DNA of 64,000 nt from the sequence record NZ_CP019209.1. One strand, written 5' to 3'. Below are positions 9,248-19,179 of the stretch, in pieces. The position numbers were made by a program, and so were the translations under genes. Origin of the DNA: a plasmid. How positions within the stretch are numbered: position 1 is the stretch's first letter; every line of letters begins with the position of its first letter. The notes under the pieces were generated by a model, which saw nothing but the letters and a program-made list of their open reading frames with translations, made no database searches and was not told where the DNA came from.

Positions 9248-9938
9248 TTAAATATTTTGAACAACATAATACGTACCTGCAACAGGATTATAAGTGTAAT
9301 AAATACCTATATTCATTGTCCAACCAGGCCCGTTTGGTGCAAAGTATTTGAATCCTTCACGAGCATACAATGCCATTCCTTGAATAGAACCAGATTTAGT
9401 TGCGTTGGCTTGATTTACATTTCCTACTCTTCCATCGTCAATGTAGGATTTCCAACGTAAAAAGTTGCCTGTACCATCAGCTGGTTTTACACCCATACCT
9501 CCAAAACGCCATCCCGCACCACTAAATGGCTGTGATTTATAGCTTCCTCCTCCTGCTAGTACAAGAAGGTGTCCGCTAGTACCAACATCGGGTGGAAATG
9601 CTCCTCGAGGCAAAATTGGAGTAGTTTCAATATCATTTTTGAATTTTTCAGCAACAATTTTTTTTGCTTCTGTCACTGAAACTGAAGCAGGATCAGTTTC
9701 TGAATTATATGAACCTTGAATTATATCTGGATTATCCATAGATACAATTTTAGCTTCCCCTTTTAAAAAACCACCTTCTGGCAATGCAAGTACTTTATCT
9801 TCTTCTTCAAAATCAGCAAAGTATCGTGAGGCGTACTGCTCTGGATCTGAAATAACTTCTTTCTCAGCAGCATATAACTGCATTTCCAAATGTTAACATC
9901 ATAAGTAGCCCAACAGAAACACCAAAAATCTTTTTCAT
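9248..9938 (-). pseudogene. Secreted protein gene with an apparent frameshift between signal peptide and mature domain
   Basis: A strong RBS (AAGGAAG) and ATG at 9938 open MKKIFGVSVGLLMMLTFGNAVICC, which stops at ~9864. The 213-aa body (9248..9889) is in another frame, offset by 1 nt around 9870-9890. Confidence 0.45.
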
Positions 9939-9951
9939 AATGAATCTTCCT

Positions 9952-10413
9952 TTACTCTAATTCCACTGAATTAGTTTCTTTTATCTGCTTTAATTCATTT
10001 CTTTTACTATTTAAAAGCTCTTTTAGATCCTTAATCGAAATAGCGTTGGAATCAGTATTAACATCAATAAACTGTCTGTGATTTTGTTTATAACTAACTA
10101 ATTCGGATTTGCCATCTCCCATTAATTGCCCACCAGCAGACAAGACAACAATTTTATCTGAGTCACTAATTCCTGGAATACTTTCTTCTAACTGTTCCCC
10201 GGATAAATCACCAAATTCTTTATACAATTCTTCATCTGACATAGAATAGATATTTTTGGTCAAACTCATTTTTTTATTATTATGTTCAGCTACTCTTTGA
10301 TCTTTTATTTGAGCGTTTGAATTAACAGAATCTAAATTCAAAAGAAAATAGCCCCCAATTAATATTGTAAATACTGAAAAAATACTTAGTATCGTTTTTT
10401 TCACGATTCTCAC
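9952..10413 (-). CDS. Membrane-anchored hypothetical protein (153 aa)
   Basis: N-terminal TM anchor then a soluble domain; co-directional and adjacent to the frameshifted secreted protein. Confidence 0.5.
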   Translation of the reverse strand: MRIVKKTILSIFSVFTILIGGYFLLNLDSVNSNAQIKDQRVAEHNNKKMSLTKNIYSMSDEELYKEFGDLSGEQLEESIPGISDSDKIVVLSAGGQLMGDGKSELVSYKQNHRQFIDVNTDSNAISIKDLKELLNSKRNELKQIKETNSVELE

Positions 10414-10460
10414 CTCGCTTTCTTATTAAATTTATAATATATATCTACGATAAGATAATT

Positions 10461-11269
10461 GGTTCTGTTGCAAAGTTTTAAATCTACTATCAAATAAGAT
10501 AGAATAATAGAAAAAGATAGCAGGAGGAATAACGATGAATCATTTTAAAGGAAAGCAATTTCAGCAGGATGTGATTATTGTAGCCGTGGGCTACTATCTT
10601 CGTTATAACCTTAGCTATCGTGAAGTTCAAGAAATCTTATATGATCGTGACATTAACGTTTCTCATACGACGATTTATCGTTGGGTGCAAGAATATGGCA
10701 AACTACTCTATCAAATTTGGAAAAAGAAAAATAAAAAATCCTTTTATTCATGGAAAATGGATGAAACGTACATCAAAATTAAAGGAAAATGGCATTATTT
10801 GTATCGAGCCATCGATGCAGATGGTTTAACCTTGGATATTTGGTTACGTAAAAAACGGGACACACAAGCAGCCTATGCTTTTCTTAAGCGGTTAGTGAAG
10901 CAGTTTGATGAACCGAAGGTTGTAGTCACAGATAAAGCCCCCTCTATTACAAGTGCCTTTAAGAAACTAAAAGAATACGGCTTTTATCAAGGGACAGAAC
11001 ATCGTACCATTAAATACCTGAATAATTTGATTGAACAAGACCATCGTCCAGTAAAGAGACGCAATAAATTCTATCGAAGTTTACGCACTGCCTCTACCAC
11101 GATTAAAGGCATGGAAGCCATTCGAGGATTATATAAGAAAACCCGAAAAGAAGGCACTCTCTTCGGGTTTTCGGTCTGTACTGAAATCAAGGTATTATTG
11201 GGAATCCCAGCTTAAATCATAGATACCGTAAGGGATTTTATTCTTTATTTAAAACTTTGCAACAGAACC
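10461..11269 (+). mobile_element. IS1216 (IS6 family), complete with both IRs
   Basis: IRL GGTTCTGTTGCAAAGTTTTAAATC at 10461 and IRR ending at 11269. The flanks show no 8-bp TSD, consistent with IS26-like cointegrate or deletion history. Confidence 0.9.
10535..11215 (+). CDS. tnp: IS1216 transposase (226 aa)
   Basis: Full-length IS6-family Tnp, identical to the copy at 53697 apart from a few residues. Confidence 0.9.
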   Translation: MNHFKGKQFQQDVIIVAVGYYLRYNLSYREVQEILYDRDINVSHTTIYRWVQEYGKLLYQIWKKKNKKSFYSWKMDETYIKIKGKWHYLYRAIDADGLTLDIWLRKKRDTQAAYAFLKRLVKQFDEPKVVVTDKAPSITSAFKKLKEYGFYQGTEHRTIKYLNNLIEQDHRPVKRRNKFYRSLRTASTTIKGMEAIRGLYKKTRKEGTLFGFSVCTEIKVLLGIPA

Positions 11270-11316
11270 ATAATAAGTCTCTATTTTTCAATAACTATTG
11301 CAAAATTATATCTTAA

Positions 11317-12636
11317 TTAAGAAAATATTTTTATTTTAAAGATAAAAAATTCTTCATCCTGCAATACTTTATATTCTATATTGTAATTATTCAGAATATT
11401 ACTTACAATATATAAACCTAATCCATTACTATTTTCCTTATTTAAATCAAATTTAACATCAAATATTTTATCCATATTCGAAATTTTATTGTTACCGTAT
11501 GAATTCTCTATATATAACCAATCATTAACTATCCCAATATTAATTACCCCATTTACATCAGTATATTTTACCGCATTACTAATCAAATTAGATAGAATAA
11601 TCTTTAAAGCTGTTTTTCCTATATAAACATTCTCGTCTAATATATAATTATTGACAGTTATTTTCTTTTGATTTGCTAATATTTCATACTTTTTTAATAT
11701 GTCTTCTAATGTATCATTTATTTTCAAATATTCTTCATCATTATTCAAATTTTCTATAGAATGAACTGATAATATTTGAGAAATATTTTTTGTTAAACTA
11801 TCAACGATTTCAATACATTCATTAATATAAATATCTCTTTCTTTATATTTTCCAATATTGTATTTCATGTTTTCCAGTATTATTTTAAGACTAGCAAGAG
11901 GGGTTTTAAGTTCATGGGATGCACCTTTAAAAAAGTCATATTTTAACTTTTCTAATTTTAAAATTTCTTTATTTTTAAATTCCAAATCGTCAATTGTTCT
12001 TAATAAAGTAGAATACAAATCATTAATTTGTTGTTTTAATTCTCCAACTTCATCATTAGAGCTAACTTTTAAACTCATTTTTTTATCAAGTTTCATCATT
12101 TTATCAGTAACAATTTTTATTTCTTGTATATTATTTTTTATTGATTTTGCATAAATTAAAGAAATAATAGCAGAAAATAAAATTGATATTAATAAAGAAT
12201 ATGGTAAAAATTTAAGGCTTAAATCTTTCGCATCTTTTTGCATATCAGCTGTAGAAACAAATTGTAGATTTGTTTTTTTACCATCATTAAGCTTTATTTC
12301 TCTTTCTTCAATTATCAAAGAATTACTATCACTTTCTAAATTAACATTTATATTATCTTTGATTTGTATTTCATTCTTATTATTTTTTTCTTTTATGAAT
12401 ACTTTTATTTCACTACTCTTGGAATAAAACTCCAAAGTTTGTTCTATATATTTTATTTCTTTTCCATTCATATTACTAGAAATTTCATTTGCCATATTAT
12501 GAATCTTTTCTTTTCTCGTCTCCAAATATGTTTTAGGAAAGATAAAAAAAATTAATGAATGAACTAATATAATTATTATTCCAAGAACAGAAAATATTTG
12601 TATGAACATTTTTGGAAATATCTTTAATTTTTTCAT
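11317..12636 (-). CDS. Sensor histidine kinase (439 aa), 2 TM with an extracytoplasmic loop; extremely AT-rich
   Basis: H-box HELKTPLASLKIILENM, HATPase N/G boxes at the C-terminus, two TM segments. GC is far below neighbouring DNA. Confidence 0.8.
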   Translation of the reverse strand: MKKLKIFPKMFIQIFSVLGIIIILVHSLIFFIFPKTYLETRKEKIHNMANEISSNMNGKEIKYIEQTLEFYSKSSEIKVFIKEKNNKNEIQIKDNINVNLESDSNSLIIEEREIKLNDGKKTNLQFVSTADMQKDAKDLSLKFLPYSLLISILFSAIISLIYAKSIKNNIQEIKIVTDKMMKLDKKMSLKVSSNDEVGELKQQINDLYSTLLRTIDDLEFKNKEILKLEKLKYDFFKGASHELKTPLASLKIILENMKYNIGKYKERDIYINECIEIVDSLTKNISQILSVHSIENLNNDEEYLKINDTLEDILKKYEILANQKKITVNNYILDENVYIGKTALKIILSNLISNAVKYTDVNGVINIGIVNDWLYIENSYGNNKISNMDKIFDVKFDLNKENSNGLGLYIVSNILNNYNIEYKVLQDEEFFIFKIKIFS

Positions 12637-13298
12637 TTTCTCTCCAATTTATATCCTACATTTCTTATAGTAGTTATACAGTCTAATTGTAATTTTTTTC
12701 TAAGTTCTTTTATATATACATCTATTACTCGATCATAAGGAGTTTCTTCGCTATCTTTCCATACATAATCAATAATTTGCATTCTTGTTAACACTTGTCC
12801 ATTATTATCCAATAAACATTTTAATACTTCTAGTTCTTTTGCATTTACATCTATTTCTTCACCATTTATTTTAGCTGTATAGCTATTAAAATTAACCGAT
12901 AGATCCTTATATTCAAACTTCTCTAAATGTCCATAATTCTTCTTAATTAAAGAATCTATTCTAGCTTTTAAGACCGGCAATGAAAATGGCTTTTCTACAT
13001 ATCCGTCTACTAAATTAGTAAATGCATCAATTTTATATTCTTCATCACTAAATGCAGTCAAGATTAGAATTGGTAAATTGCTTTTCTTTCTAATTTCTTT
13101 CAACACTTCTAAACCATTTATAAAAGGTATCTGAATGTCTAAGATAACCAAATTTATATCGCTATTAAATTTTGACAAGGCTTCTCTTCCATCTTTAGCT
13201 TGAATAACAGTATATCCAAATTCTGAAAGATATTCACTTATTCCCTCTCTTATCATATTATCATCTTCAACAGTTAATATTTTCATATATACCTCCAC
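12633..13298 (-). CDS. OmpR-family response regulator (221 aa)
   Basis: Receiver domain (KILTVEDDNMIREG..., D at ~53) and a winged-helix C-terminus; overlaps the HK start by 4 nt. Confidence 0.85.
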   Translation of the reverse strand: MEVYMKILTVEDDNMIREGISEYLSEFGYTVIQAKDGREALSKFNSDINLVILDIQIPFINGLEVLKEIRKKSNLPILILTAFSDEEYKIDAFTNLVDGYVEKPFSLPVLKARIDSLIKKNYGHLEKFEYKDLSVNFNSYTAKINGEEIDVNAKELEVLKCLLDNNGQVLTRMQIIDYVWKDSEETPYDRVIDVYIKELRKKLQLDCITTIRNVGYKLERK

Positions 13299-13434
13299 TT
13301 AAGCCTATACACTAGATATTATACAGCATATTATGGCTCTATAATATCTAGTGTTGGTGACACCTTCTGTTGCCAATACTTTTTCTTTTTTCTAATAAAT
13401 GCAAACAGACACCTTGAAATCCTTTAGAATAAAG

Positions 13435-14934
13435 GGTTCTATAATATTTTGTGTTGTTGGAAAATCGAAGGCGATTTTCTACTAACACTTTTTCTTCGTT
13501 TCAACTCAAAAAGAGACTCACTTTTGGTAAAATTTAGTCGACCAAAACATCACCCTACCAAAGGAGTCGCTCTATGGATAATCATACTAGAAAATTACTC
13601 GGATTAACAGATAAACATTTATTTTTTGATGAAGAATGGCTGATTGAAAAAGAATATAAAGGCGTTCAAGCGCAGTTTATTAAAGGGAGATTGGATGACT
13701 CACCTTCCCATTGTGAACACTGTGGATCGATTCGTATTATCCGCAACGGTTCCTATACGACACGTACTCAGATATTGAAAGTCAAAGAAAAGTTGACTAT
13801 TTTAGAATTAAAACGTACCCGTTTTCTATGCTATGATTGTGGGCAGACCTTTTCTGCGAAAACGGACTTAGTTGATGAACATCATCAACTAACAAAGGAA
13901 CTGAAGCAGGCGATTCTCATAGAACTGTACGAAAATCAATCACGTAAACTAATCGCTAAGAAGTACTTCGTCTCGGATGGGACGGTGACACGGATCTTGC
14001 GTGAAGCAACGAAGCATTACCAGCCACGTATGAACTTCCTTCCGACGGTGTTGTGTATGGATGAGTTCAAATCAATGAAGTCTGTTTCTGGTTCCATGAG
14101 TTTTATTTGTGTTGATGGGACAACCCATCAGCTATTTACGATCCTTGAAGATCGCAGACTTTACAAACTAACTCAATACTTCCTGCGCTTTCCTAGAAAA
14201 GCCCGTTTAAAGGTCAAGTACCTAGTGATGGACATGAATGCCAGCTATTGTCAGTTGCTTAAAACAGTCTTTCCAAATGCGGAGATCGTAACTGACCGCT
14301 TTCATATTGTCCAACACATCAATCGCAGCTTCAATCAATTACGTGTCCAGATCATGAATCGTTTTCGAACCTCACACTCTGAAAATCAGAAGAAGTACCG
14401 TCGGCTCAAGCGATATTGGAAACTCTTACTCAAAGATTCCACGACATTGGAGCCACTCAAACGGCATTATCATCGACTGTTTAAACGACCAATTAGTCAA
14501 ACAGAAATCGTTGATGAGCTGTTAAGCTACAACGAAGAATTGCGAACTGCGTATCATTTTTGTCAATTATTACGCTATTATTTCGTTAAACGAGGTACGG
14601 AAGGCTTTCAAGAAACCCTTAAAACAATTTCATCTACGTTACCTCAGTCGTTTAAAAAGAAATTCACGATCTTCCATCGCTACCAATCGGGTATTTCAAA
14701 TGCCTTTAAGGTGTCCCACTCAAACGGCGTCACTGAGGGGCTGAATAACAAGATCAAGCTGATTAAACGAATTGCGTTTGGTTATCGCAACTTTTATAAC
14801 TTTCGGGCACGGATCTATTTACAACAAGGTCTGATCTTTGAAAACTAAAAAAATATGCGGCGCACAGAACGCGCCGCATATCGGACTAAGTTTTATTCAA
14901 ATTTGTCTTCACCAACACGATTTGACGAAGAGCC
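13435..14934 (+). mobile_element. ISL3-family IS, second type (copy 1)
   Basis: IRL GGTTCTATAATATTTTGTGTTGTTGG, IRR (rc) GGCTCTTCGTCAAATCGTGTTGGTG. No TSD. An extra IR-like sequence GGCTCTATAATATCTAGTGTTGGTG lies 95 bp upstream at 13339. Confidence 0.8.
13574..14848 (+). CDS. tnp: ISL3-family transposase (424 aa)
   Basis: CEHCGS...CYDCGQ zinc finger and a DDE domain; ~97% identical to the inverted copy at 33773..35047. Confidence 0.9.
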   Translation: MDNHTRKLLGLTDKHLFFDEEWLIEKEYKGVQAQFIKGRLDDSPSHCEHCGSIRIIRNGSYTTRTQILKVKEKLTILELKRTRFLCYDCGQTFSAKTDLVDEHHQLTKELKQAILIELYENQSRKLIAKKYFVSDGTVTRILREATKHYQPRMNFLPTVLCMDEFKSMKSVSGSMSFICVDGTTHQLFTILEDRRLYKLTQYFLRFPRKARLKVKYLVMDMNASYCQLLKTVFPNAEIVTDRFHIVQHINRSFNQLRVQIMNRFRTSHSENQKKYRRLKRYWKLLLKDSTTLEPLKRHYHRLFKRPISQTEIVDELLSYNEELRTAYHFCQLLRYYFVKRGTEGFQETLKTISSTLPQSFKKKFTIFHRYQSGISNAFKVSHSNGVTEGLNNKIKLIKRIAFGYRNFYNFRARIYLQQGLIFEN

Positions 14935-16468
14935 AAAAATTATCGTACTTGATTACGGTAGTCAGTATAACCAACTGATCACTCGCCGTATTCGTGAGTT
15001 CGGTGTTTTCTCAGAGTTGATGAGCCACCGCATTACCGCAGAAGAAGTAAAGGCAATGAACCCTAAAGGAATCATCCTTTCTGGCGGACCAAACAGTGTT
15101 TATGATGAGAAGGCCTTTGGTATTGATGAAAAGATTTTTGATTTGGGGATCCCAGTTTTAGGAATCTGTTACGGTATGCAGTTGATTACTTATAAATTAG
15201 GCGGAAAAGTTAAACCAGCCAAAAACCGTGAATACGGAAAAGCAGAATTGGAAATCACTTCTGCAGAAGCGGCCCTTTTCCAAAACACTCCTGAAAAACA
15301 AACCGTTTGGATGAGTCATGGTGACCTAGTTACCCAAGCACCGACTGATTTCGATGTCGTTGCTACCAGCAAAGATTGCCCCATCGCATCGATCCAAAAT
15401 GCAGAACGCAAAATGTACGGAATCCAATTCCATGCAGAAGTTCGCCATTCCGAATATGGAAATGACTTGTTGCGCCATTTTACACTAGATGTCTGCCAAT
15501 GTACTGGTGACTGGACAATGGATAACTTCATCGACATGGAGATCGCAAAAATTCGTGAACAAGTCGGTGACAAAAAAGTTTTATTAGGCCTTTCAGGCGG
15601 AGTAGATTCCTCTGTTGTTGGTGTTCTTTTACAAAAAGCGATCGGCGATCAATTAACATGTATCTTCGTTGATCACGTATTGTTGCGTAAAGGTGAAGCA
15701 GAACAAGTTATGGAAAGTCTTGGCGGAAAATTTGGCTTGAACATTATAAAAGTCGATGCCAAAGAACGTTTCTTATCAAAACTTGCTGGCGTGTCTGATC
15801 CAGAAGAAAAACGTAAAATCATTGGAAATGAATTTGTATATGTCTTCGATGATGAAGCAACCAAACTTGCCGGTGAAGAAGGCGTTTCTTTCCTTGCACA
15901 AGGAACCCTTTATACCGATGTGATCGAATCAGGAACTGAAACTGCCCAAACCATCAAATCACATCACAATGTAGGTGGATTACCTGAAGACATGCAATTC
16001 AAGCTGATCGAGCCATTGAACACATTGTTCAAAGACGAAGTACGTGAATTAGGTACCCAATTAGGCATGCCTGACAGCATCGTTTGGCGCCAACCATTCC
16101 CTGGACCAGGCTTAGGTATTCGTGTCCTTGGTGAATTGACAGAAGAAAAATTAGAAATCGTCCGTGAATCAGACGCTATCTTGCGCGAAGAAATCGCCAA
16201 TGCCGGTTTAGATCGCGACATCTGGCAATACTTCACCGTCCTACCAGGCATTCGCTCTGTTGGGGTTATGGGAGATGGCCGTACGTATGACTACACTGTA
16301 GGTATCCGTGCTGTCACTTCTATTGACGGCATGACCGCTGACTTTGCCCGTATCCCTTGGGAAGTCTTGCAAAAAATCAGTGTCCGTATCGTAAATGAAG
16401 TCGCACACGTTAACCGTATCGTGTATGATATTACCAGCAAACCACCTGCAACAGTGGAGTGGGAATAA
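14855..16468 (+). CDS. guaA: GMP synthase (glutamine-hydrolysing); native N-terminal codons replaced by an in-frame extension encoded by the ISL3 end
   Basis: GATase motif GICYGMQL and HGD, plus the ATP-PPase motif SGGVDSSV. GuaA homology begins ~14935 ([14 protein letters not shown]); the first ~27 codons of the ORF lie inside the IS right end. Confidence 0.9.
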   Translation: MRRTERAAYRTKFYSNLSSPTRFDEEPKIIVLDYGSQYNQLITRRIREFGVFSELMSHRITAEEVKAMNPKGIILSGGPNSVYDEKAFGIDEKIFDLGIPVLGICYGMQLITYKLGGKVKPAKNREYGKAELEITSAEAALFQNTPEKQTVWMSHGDLVTQAPTDFDVVATSKDCPIASIQNAERKMYGIQFHAEVRHSEYGNDLLRHFTLDVCQCTGDWTMDNFIDMEIAKIREQVGDKKVLLGLSGGVDSSVVGVLLQKAIGDQLTCIFVDHVLLRKGEAEQVMESLGGKFGLNIIKVDAKERFLSKLAGVSDPEEKRKIIGNEFVYVFDDEATKLAGEEGVSFLAQGTLYTDVIESGTETAQTIKSHHNVGGLPEDMQFKLIEPLNTLFKDEVRELGTQLGMPDSIVWRQPFPGPGLGIRVLGELTEEKLEIVRESDAILREEIANAGLDRDIWQYFTVLPGIRSVGVMGDGRTYDYTVGIRAVTSIDGMTADFARIPWEVLQKISVRIVNEVAHVNRIVYDITSKPPATVEWE

Positions 16469-16553
16469 GACGTAAATATAATATGGATGGGGAATGCCGA
16501 TAAATCAACGTTTTTCAACGTAAGCGCCCCATAGAACAGTACCTTACTAACAA

Positions 16554-16796
16554 ATGCACCTCAAGATATACTTGAGCTATCAAGAAGTCTGGAGGTTTTC
16601 TATGTATAAATTAAATGAGATTGTTCCTGTCCAATTAGGAAACGAAAAGAGTGCACCAGAAAAAGGTAAACCCGCGGCTGCCAAGTTAGCGATGCGCATC
16701 AAAAGAGAGAATGGTTCTGAAGTTTTGATCTATAACGGTATTAACAATTATATTCTTCAAGCTATTTTGAAAGAACTGTTGTCCAATGCTTTATGA
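16554..16796 (+). CDS. tnpA: IS66-family accessory protein TnpA (Orf1)
   Basis: 80-aa first ORF of the IS66 element. Confidence 0.7.
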   Translation: MHLKIYLSYQEVWRFSMYKLNEIVPVQLGNEKSAPEKGKPAAAKLAMRIKRENGSEVLIYNGINNYILQAILKELLSNAL

Positions 16797-17139
16797 TTTA
16801 CTTCAAACCAAACATATTTATATTGTGTGCGGAAAAACAGATTTGCGAAAAGGAATTGATGGTCTTGCCAGTCTTATTCAACAAGAGTATCAACTCGAGC
16901 TTTACGAAGATGCCGTTTTTTTATTTTGCGGGAACCGTCAAGACCGTTTCAAACTTCTCTATTGGGACGGTGATGGTTTTCTTCTCTGTTATAAGCGGAT
17001 AGAAAACGGCAAGTTAAAATGGCCTCGGACGAAAGACGAAGTTCGAACCTTAACGAACCAACAGGTTCGATGGTTGTTAGAAGGATTAAGTATCGATCAA
17101 CCTCGAGCTATTTTGCCAGGAAAAAAAGGAGTTTTTTAA
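16786..17139 (+). CDS. tnpB: IS66-family TnpB (Orf2)
   Basis: 117 aa with the conserved IS66 Orf2 signature (IYIVCGKTDLRKGIDGLA...FLFCGNRQDRFKLLYWDGDGF). Confidence 0.85.
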   Translation: MLYDLLQTKHIYIVCGKTDLRKGIDGLASLIQQEYQLELYEDAVFLFCGNRQDRFKLLYWDGDGFLLCYKRIENGKLKWPRTKDEVRTLTNQQVRWLLEGLSIDQPRAILPGKKGVF

Positions 17140-17240
17140 GCTGGGGGGTTAACACAAAAAATGTGTTGAACCCCTATTTCTTGTGCGTTTCTTGTGGTAT
17201 TCTGTAACAAAATCAGTTCGATTCAAGGTGGTGAAAAATT

Positions 17241-18788
17241 TTGGAAACTACAGATACGTTGCTTCAGTTGCTTCAAGAAGCCCATAAAACCAATCAAGCA
17301 CAACAACAAACCATTCAGAATCTTACAACTGAAATCCAACTATTGAATGAAAAGGTCAATTATTTAACCAACAAATTATTTGGACGCTCTAAAGAGACTC
17401 TCTTTGAGGAAACGAATGGGCAATTGAATCTTTTTAGTGATGAAGAAATTTCTGTAAGTGTTCCAGAAGCAGCTGCCACCATTATTCCAGTAAAAGGACA
17501 TCAACGAGTTGTAGGAACGAAAGCAGACAAAATCAAACACTTACCTATAACAGAGAAAGAACATCTCCTTCCTTTGGAAGAACAATTTTGTGAACATTGC
17601 GGTTCACAGATGAAAGATATCGGACGGACAAAAGTACGAGAAGAAATTCGTTTCCATCAGGCTATGTTGGATTGTCTCACCCATTATCAACATACCTATT
17701 GTTGTAAAAGCTGCGAAAAAGAAGGACTTTCTTCTTTTAAAAAAGCGATCGTTCCTAAACCTTTGATTTCTAATAGCTTAGGTTCCAATAGTTTAGTGGC
17801 GGAAACGATCCGGATGAAATTTGGTCAGAAAGTTCCTGCCTATCGGCAAGAGAACTATTGGAAACAAACACATGGGTTGGATATTTCGAGAGATAATATC
17901 ACCAATTGGCATATTAAAGCAGTGCAAAACGCGTTAGACCCTTTAGGAGAACGATTAAGAGTCTATCTTAATCAAGAAGAGATTCTACACGGGGATGAAA
18001 CAAGTTATCGTGTGATTGAAAGTGCCAAAACAGATACCTATTACTGGCAGTTTTGTACAGGAAAAGACAGTCAGCATCCCATCGTTTATTATCACCACGA
18101 CGAAAGTCGTGCTGGAGATGTTCCGAAAACTTTTCTCAAGGAGTTTACAGGGTATTTACACTGTGACGGCTATAGCGGGTATAATGCCGTGGAAAGTGTA
18201 CGACTTGTCTATTGTTTCGCGCATGTTCGGCGGAAATTTTTCGAAGCAATTCCAAAAGGAAAGAAAAACACGGATATTCCCGCAGCTCAAGCAGTCAAAC
18301 AATTGGATAAATGGTTTGTCCTAGAAAAGAAATGGAAAGACTTTTCTCCTGAGAAGCGATTAAGCTGTCGGCAACAAGAACTGCGTCCATTATTTATTGC
18401 TTTTTATGAGTGGATGGCAACGATAGATCCTGTTGCAAAATCCAAGTTGGATGCAGCCGTTCAATATGCGTGTAAACTACGAAGTGGTTTTGAACCTATT
18501 TTTGAAGATGGTCGTTTAGAACTCACAAATAATCGTGCGGAGCGAAATATCAAAGAGCTGGTGATAGGACGGAAAAATTGGTTGCATTCCACAAGTCTTG
18601 AAGGAGCACGAACTTCAGGAATCATTCTGAGTGTATATAAAACAGCAGAACTTAACGGATTGAATCCTGTAAAGTATCTAGAGTTTCTATTTGATAAGAT
18701 ACCAAATCTTCCCGTACTTTCAGCAGAAACTTTAGATCAACTGTTGCCTTGGAACAAGGATGTACAACAACATTTTTCTCGTAACTAA
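17241..18788 (+). CDS. tnpC: IS66-family DDE transposase TnpC (515 aa)
   Basis: Leucine-zipper N-terminus, CxxC zinc-finger pair (CEHCGS...CCKSCEK), DDE core. Confidence 0.9.
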   Translation: METTDTLLQLLQEAHKTNQAQQQTIQNLTTEIQLLNEKVNYLTNKLFGRSKETLFEETNGQLNLFSDEEISVSVPEAAATIIPVKGHQRVVGTKADKIKHLPITEKEHLLPLEEQFCEHCGSQMKDIGRTKVREEIRFHQAMLDCLTHYQHTYCCKSCEKEGLSSFKKAIVPKPLISNSLGSNSLVAETIRMKFGQKVPAYRQENYWKQTHGLDISRDNITNWHIKAVQNALDPLGERLRVYLNQEEILHGDETSYRVIESAKTDTYYWQFCTGKDSQHPIVYYHHDESRAGDVPKTFLKEFTGYLHCDGYSGYNAVESVRLVYCFAHVRRKFFEAIPKGKKNTDIPAAQAVKQLDKWFVLEKKWKDFSPEKRLSCRQQELRPLFIAFYEWMATIDPVAKSKLDAAVQYACKLRSGFEPIFEDGRLELTNNRAERNIKELVIGRKNWLHSTSLEGARTSGIILSVYKTAELNGLNPVKYLEFLFDKIPNLPVLSAETLDQLLPWNKDVQQHFSRN

Positions 18789-18967
18789 AAACGCCAAACA
18801 TTCCCGATTCTATTCTATAGGTCGGGTTATTTGACGTACAGGTACTGTTCTATGGGGCGCTTACTTTTCAACTTTTGAAATGCTTGATTTTCATTAAAAA
18901 TGATATGGTTCCCTACCATTTTTCCTACCAAAAAAGGGCACTACAGACATAAGTCCTTGAACAAGCG

Positions 18968-19066
18968 AAATATCCGAACAATAAGAGAATTGCTCCTACG
19001 GTCCAGTTGGTCCTCGTTGCAAAACGATAGTTTTTCTGCTATCCTAGTCTCTTGTTCGGATATTTT
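18968..19066. other. Long-range inverted repeat (AAATATCCGAACAA ... TTGTTCGGATATTT) enclosing ~70 nt; possible structured RNA or remnant
   Basis: 14-bp perfect complementary arms at 18968-18981 and 19053-19066, in the gap between the IS66 TSD and the downstream terminator. Confidence 0.25.
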
Positions 19067-19079
19067 TTGTCTATTTTCA

Positions 19080-19114
19080 CTTCTGTCACAGTCCCTTTTT
19101 TAAAGTGACAGAAG
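19080..19114. terminator. Bidirectional rho-independent terminator (CTTCTGTCAC-N15-GTGACAGAAG, T-rich loop and flank)
   Basis: 10-bp perfect stem. It lies downstream of the minus-strand gene ending at 19180 and downstream of the guaA/IS66 region on the plus strand. Confidence 0.6.
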
Positions 19115-19179
19115 TTAGCTGATATCTCAAGTATGTTCCCACTTAAATAATCAATTTAACCATTTTTTATTTAATTTTG

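Larger units (their letters stand above)
16520..18864 (+). mobile_element. IS66-family element with 8-bp TSD TTTTCAAC
   Basis: IRL GTAAGCGCCCCATAGAACAGTACCT at 16520 and the perfect rc at 18838-18864. TTTTCAAC sits at 16512-16519 and 18865-18872. Three-ORF IS66 organisation. Confidence 0.9.

Noticed and set aside
10620-10829. 69-aa ORF inside the IS1216 transposase gene (also at 53788..53997)
   Set aside because: It is an overlapping alternative frame within a well-supported transposase and is spurious.
15316-16518. Several 60-95-aa minus-strand ORFs inside guaA (15316..15573, 15673..15864, 15964..16251, 16291..16518)
   Set aside because: They are antisense to a strongly supported conserved gene and have no RBS or domain signal, so they are spurious.
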